From: Calditrichia bacterium | GTDB lineage: Bacteria > Calditrichota > Calditrichia > RBG-13-44-9 > J075 | Length of the DNA: 64,000 nt | NCBI GenBank assembly: GCA_050633245.1 | Contig: JBOEGD010000010.1 | Span: 157,989 to 221,988, forward strand | Direction of reading: 5' to 3' | Part shown: piece by piece, positions 60,125 through 64,000 of the stretch | Layout: each line of letters starts with the position of its first letter | Position numbering within the stretch: position 1 is the first letter of the stretch | Program-made: the position numbers and the translations under genes | The notes under the pieces: generated by a model | Seen by the model: only the letters and a program-made list of their open reading frames with translations | What the model was told of the DNA's origin: nothing | Databases searched by the model: none

Positions 60125-61470
60125 AAATGAAGAAACTTCTCATTATTGAAGACAATGACACCATGCGACTCGGAATGACGGAAAGTTTGCGGCGAGACGG
60201 GTATATGGTTTTGGAGTTCGCCAATCCCAAAGAGGGGCTGGATTACTTTCTACAGCACCCTTGTCAATTGGTACTCACCGATCTTAAGATGGAACCTATA
60301 GACGGCATTGAAGTGCTACGAACAATTCGCGAACAGCATCCTTCCACAGAAGTGCTGCTTGTTTCAGCTTTTGGAACCGTAGACACAGCCGTACAGGCTA
60401 TGAAGCTTGGTGCTTCGGATTTTCTGACCAAGCCATTTTCAATGGAAGAACTGCGAGTGCGTGTCGCCAATGTTTGGCAGCGGATTGCACAACGCAATGC
60501 ACTAAATCAATTGACTGAAGAAAAAAGGCTGCTTCAGGAAGAGCTATTCGCCGATATGATCGGCAGTTCCGAACCGATGCAGCGCATCTTTTCAATGATT
60601 CAACGCGTGGCTCCTCAAGATAGCACGGTACTTATTGAAGGAGAAAGCGGCACCGGGAAGGAATTGGTAGCCCAGGCTATTCATCGTCAGAGTCTGCGTA
60701 AAGAACGTCCATTTATTAAGCTAAACTGTGCAGCGCTCAATGACAATCTTCTTGAGAGCGAGTTGTTTGGTCATGAGAAAGGGGCATTTACCGGCGCGCT
60801 CAGACAAAAACGAGGTCGTTTTGAGCTCGCCGATGGCGGTTCACTCTTTTTAGACGAGATTGGGGACATATCGCCGGCAATGCAGGTCCGGCTGCTTCGC
60901 GTTCTTCAGGAAGGAGAATTTGAGAGACTCGGTGGTGAAGCGACCATCTCCGTTGACGTAAGGATAATATGCGCAACGCATCAAAATTTAGCGCAAAAAG
61001 TAGAATCCGGAGAATTTCGTGAAGACCTTTTTTATAGGTTAAACGTGATTCCAATTAAGCTACCCGCTCTCCGCGAGCGCAAGGACGATATCCCACTGCT
61101 TGTAGCCCATTTTGTGAAGAAGCGTAATGCGACAACGCGGAGCTTTTCCGCAGATGCAATAAAGCAGTTTATGAACTATTCATGGCCCGGCAATATTCGC
61201 GAATTGGAGAATTTGGTGGAACGACTTATCGTTATTGCACCGAATGATGAAATAGATGCAGGCACAGTTGGAGCCCAATTAGGCAACTCACCGGTTCAAG
61301 GTATGGAGAATTTTAGCAACCTTCCACTTGAAGATGCGGTAGCAGCATTTGAAAAGAGTCTGATCGTCCATGCATTAAAATCTTGTGAAGGCGTTAAAAA
61401 TCGCGCCGCCAAAATGTTAGGGATTAAGACAAGCACGCTCTATTATAAACTTGAAAAATACGGCCTCTAA
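60121..61470 (+). CDS. sigma54-dependent response regulator (NtrC/AtoC family)
   Basis: REC domain, GESGTGKE, GAFTGA, FREDLFYRL, WPGNIREL and Fis-type HTH. Confidence 0.95.
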   Translation: MKMKKLLIIEDNDTMRLGMTESLRRDGYMVLEFANPKEGLDYFLQHPCQLVLTDLKMEPIDGIEVLRTIREQHPSTEVLLVSAFGTVDTAVQAMKLGASDFLTKPFSMEELRVRVANVWQRIAQRNALNQLTEEKRLLQEELFADMIGSSEPMQRIFSMIQRVAPQDSTVLIEGESGTGKELVAQAIHRQSLRKERPFIKLNCAALNDNLLESELFGHEKGAFTGALRQKRGRFELADGGSLFLDEIGDISPAMQVRLLRVLQEGEFERLGGEATISVDVRIICATHQNLAQKVESGEFREDLFYRLNVIPIKLPALRERKDDIPLLVAHFVKKRNATTRSFSADAIKQFMNYSWPGNIRELENLVERLIVIAPNDEIDAGTVGAQLGNSPVQGMENFSNLPLEDAVAAFEKSLIVHALKSCEGVKNRAAKMLGIKTSTLYYKLEKYGL

Positions 61471-61503
61471 TTAAGGCCGACACCAATAAAAGCGATATAT
61501 ACT

Positions 61504-62472
61504 ATGAAAAAACTCATTCCGTTTTTAATACTCCTCATAGCGACTTGCGCCGCTCAAGAGCTGCCGGTGGTTGAACAGTCGTTTCTGACTACGCTACAAT
61601 CTTCGACTCAGCTTCAGAAGCGAATCAGCCGGCTGGACAGCCTTCTGATGCACAAGGCCACTGAAATTGAGGGGGCAAAAAAAGCGCAGCCGCGTAGCGA
61701 ATCGACAATAAAGAGCCTGATGTCTGAGGGCATTGCATTAAGTGATTCGATGGCAAACTATCGAAAGAAGTTAGCGGACATTCAAAAGCAGCTGAAACAA
61801 GAGCAACAGCAGCTCGGTGCACTTTATCGCGAGAGAATAAAGACGCTCCGCGAAACGCTTGCAGATGTATCGGCGGAGCAGGCAGTAGATATCAATAGGC
61901 GCATTGATCTGCTTTCTCATAAATATTTGCTTCTCAATCCCGCCCTGCAACAACTCTCGTTTGATCCTGAAAGAATAGAAAAGATAAACCTGGCCATCAT
62001 TTCGGATCCGATTGAGCGCGATATCTTAACGGCATTTTTACAAAAAGCGAATATGGAAGTCAACGAACGCTTGAAGCAAATTCGCAGCAATCGTGAAGAA
62101 TTGGAGCCATTGATTCGCTTAAACGAAAAGAGACAGGATTTTTTAGCGGAAGTCAATGACGATAATTTCACCTTTTTTGGCGGATCGGGAATAGAGACAG
62201 CAACCTCTGATGAACTCAGAACTACAAGTGGGTTTTCGTCAGATGAGCACATCCAATCACTTCTATTTGAACAAAATGCCAATTCTATAGCACTTTTTTT
62301 TGGTCAGCTGGAAATCAGTAATTTTCAAGAAGCAGATTTAAGTATCACGGACAGTAGTTTAAACGCCGGACGTTTTTCCAGTGGCGAGTATTTAAAGCTA
62401 CTTAAGGAAATCGAAAAGCAACTTAGCAGTATGGATAAAAAAATTCGTCGACATTTGGACGAGGCACAATAA
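61504..62472 (+). CDS. Secreted helical/coiled-coil hypothetical protein
   Basis: Signal peptide and extended heptad-like helices. Confidence 0.7.
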   Translation: MKKLIPFLILLIATCAAQELPVVEQSFLTTLQSSTQLQKRISRLDSLLMHKATEIEGAKKAQPRSESTIKSLMSEGIALSDSMANYRKKLADIQKQLKQEQQQLGALYRERIKTLRETLADVSAEQAVDINRRIDLLSHKYLLLNPALQQLSFDPERIEKINLAIISDPIERDILTAFLQKANMEVNERLKQIRSNREELEPLIRLNEKRQDFLAEVNDDNFTFFGGSGIETATSDELRTTSGFSSDEHIQSLLFEQNANSIALFFGQLEISNFQEADLSITDSSLNAGRFSSGEYLKLLKEIEKQLSSMDKKIRRHLDEAQ

Positions 62473-63461
62473 TGTCCAGAGCTTTACTTTTAATTTCGCT
62501 CTGTATGCTTCAGTGTTCGATATTGACTGCAGGTTCTTTTAAGACCCGACTTTCTGCAGAAGGGGGCATATACCATAGCAGCAGCCGCTTGATTAGTCAG
62601 GAGTATCTGCTTTCGAGACTGGATCTTTCAGCAAACTACACCTTCGTAAAACCACGCCTAAAATTTAACATGAGCTCACGACTGCGTCCGGAGATGTATC
62701 TCTCTTCTTCTCAAAATCTATCCACAAAATTTGATGTAGCAACGGCACTGCAGTTTCAACCGGCAAAGAGGTTCTCGACGCAGATTGGGCTAAGCTATCA
62801 GTCTGAGCAATTAGCAGAGGCTTCCGCAGGTATTCGCGTTTACGAGCTCGGCACGCGCCTGGCATGGAGAATGTCTTCGCGATTTATCTCTTCCGTTCAG
62901 ATTAAGGCAATTGGCAGTGAATTTGAGCTTGCCTCAAGCACAGAAATCGACGCATTAAATTTGGCCATGTTCCTGGAGCAGCGCTTTCGACGAAGTATTA
63001 AACTCAGCTATGCGTTCCATATTGGCAGCTATCGCGCCCGGGATCCGATATTGTCGCTTCAAAGCTGGCGCCTTGGTCCGCAACTTGGATTATCTTATAG
63101 AAAATCGTTTTCTCTGGACTTAACATATCGTTTACTTGCTCTAAGATTGCAAGACAAGCTGGAAAATGGAGTAGAGCACTATTTCCAGCTGGTAGCGGGT
63201 AAAATTGTTACTTCGAAGTGGTCCATTTTTTTGCTGGCAGAAGGGTATTTTCGCGACTTTTCCGATACAATTGCCTTAACGGATGCCTTCCTATTTCTTC
63301 CGTCCGAAACAGAGAATCGCTTTCATATCAAGCTCGAGCGTGACATTTCAGATAAAACATCCTTCTACATAAAATCTGGATATCAACGAAGCGATCTGCT
63401 GCTAAGAGACGTGCGTTTTGCAGGTTTACAGGCAGTTATTGGCATTACCTATAGACATTAA
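62472..63461 (+). CDS. Putative outer-membrane beta-barrel protein
   Basis: Signal peptide, alternating amphipathic strands, and C-terminal IGITYRH. Confidence 0.65.
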   Translation: MSRALLLISLCMLQCSILTAGSFKTRLSAEGGIYHSSSRLISQEYLLSRLDLSANYTFVKPRLKFNMSSRLRPEMYLSSSQNLSTKFDVATALQFQPAKRFSTQIGLSYQSEQLAEASAGIRVYELGTRLAWRMSSRFISSVQIKAIGSEFELASSTEIDALNLAMFLEQRFRRSIKLSYAFHIGSYRARDPILSLQSWRLGPQLGLSYRKSFSLDLTYRLLALRLQDKLENGVEHYFQLVAGKIVTSKWSIFLLAEGYFRDFSDTIALTDAFLFLPSETENRFHIKLERDISDKTSFYIKSGYQRSDLLLRDVRFAGLQAVIGITYRH

Positions 63462-63514
63462 TGCGATTTTTGAAATTGACAATTGCTTCTCATTCACTTT
63501 CCATACATCTTTTA

Positions 63515-63583
63515 GAGTTCTGAGTTCTGAGTTCTGAGTTCTGAGTTCTGAGTTCTGAGTTCTGAGTTCTGAGTTCTGAGTTC
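63515..63583. repeat. Perfect heptamer array GAGTTCT x~10
   Basis: Nine full units plus GAGTTC. Reverse complement of the AGAACTC array at 8-47. Confidence 0.97.
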
Positions 63584-63601
63584 ACCTATAACGGAGCTTC
63601 C

Positions 63602-64000
63602 ATGAAAGATACCCTGCAAACCGCAGCACAGTGGCTGAAGACAAAAAGACCATTCGCAATTGCGACAGTTACCCAAACCTGGGGCTCCGCACCTCGCGGT
63701 GTAGGTTCTACATTAATTATTGCTGAAGACTTGCAGGTGGCAGGGTCTGTTAGCGGAGGATGTGTTGAGAACGCAGTAATTGAAGAGGCTCTGCAGGTGC
63801 TAAAAACCGGCAAGCCGAGCCTGCTGGATTTTGGTGTGACGAATGAAACGGCCTGGTCGGTTGGTCTTACCTGTGGTGGGAAGGTTCAGGTTCTCGTAGA
63901 AGCTCATCCAGCATATTCCAAGAATGACACCACGAAGAAAATTTGGCAAGCGCTTCACGCTGCGCTTCTTGAGACGAAACCCGCTATTCTACTCACCCAC
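63602..64000 (+). CDS. xdhC: XdhC/CoxI family molybdoenzyme accessory protein (partial, runs off the window)
   Basis: Hand translation gives MKDTLQ...ATV..TWGSAPR..GS...GSVSGGCVE...AW.VGLTCGG. GGAG RBS. Not in the ORF track. Confidence 0.9.
   Translation, partial: MKDTLQTAAQWLKTKRPFAIATVTQTWGSAPRGVGSTLIIAEDLQVAGSVSGGCVENAVIEEALQVLKTGKPSLLDFGVTNETAWSVGLTCGGKVQVLVEAHPAYSKNDTTKKIWQALHAALLETKPAILLTH

Noticed and set aside
1-63583. Inverted CAGAACT/AGTTCTG arrays near both window ends read as terminal inverted repeats or telomeres of a 63-kb element
   Set aside because: The enclosed genes are ordinary chromosomal genes with no integrase or transposase, sequence continues into xdhC, and the window boundary is arbitrary.
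63586-63813. 75-aa minus-strand ORF
   Set aside because: Antisense shadow of the plus-strand xdhC gene.

Overview
A 64-kb, gene-dense chromosomal segment, about 46-48% GC by eye, from a diderm bacterium of the FCB group. PorU, YPNP(F)NP-type C-terminal sorting domains, bshC and the nfeD-floA pair suggest a Calditrichota-like or Ignavibacteria-like lineage; this is an inference. There is no prophage, transposase, integrase, CRISPR array, rRNA or tRNA. Most genes are housekeeping, transport or signalling: M14 and M24 peptidases, PorU, two secreted CTD proteins, an Opu/Osm-type ABC operon, a TetR-TolC-MFP-RND efflux operon, two PP2C phosphatases, nfeD/floA, bshC, a sigma54 two-component locus and a partial xdhC. 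The most interesting signals are these. (1) A candidate undescribed signalling circuit at 33.3-39.2 kb: a stand-alone 7-TM protein coupled to a five-PAS HisKA_3 kinase, twin UvrY/GacA-like regulators, phased TGT-N12-ACA boxes in three adjacent promoters, a DinB protein lacking its His ligands, and an unannotated two-hairpin sRNA with an AUGGGA loop. (2) A family of intergenic 7/8/10-mer tandem arrays that share motifs in both orientations at four loci. (3) A ~190-nt 6S-like RNA between nfeD and floA. (4) An orphan FHA/TagH-like protein and a PP2C fused to a giant coiled coil. (5) A tail-anchored receiver-domain protein. (6) An acyltransferase embedded in an osmoprotectant ABC operon. All calls come from reading motifs by eye; no searches or folding programs were run.
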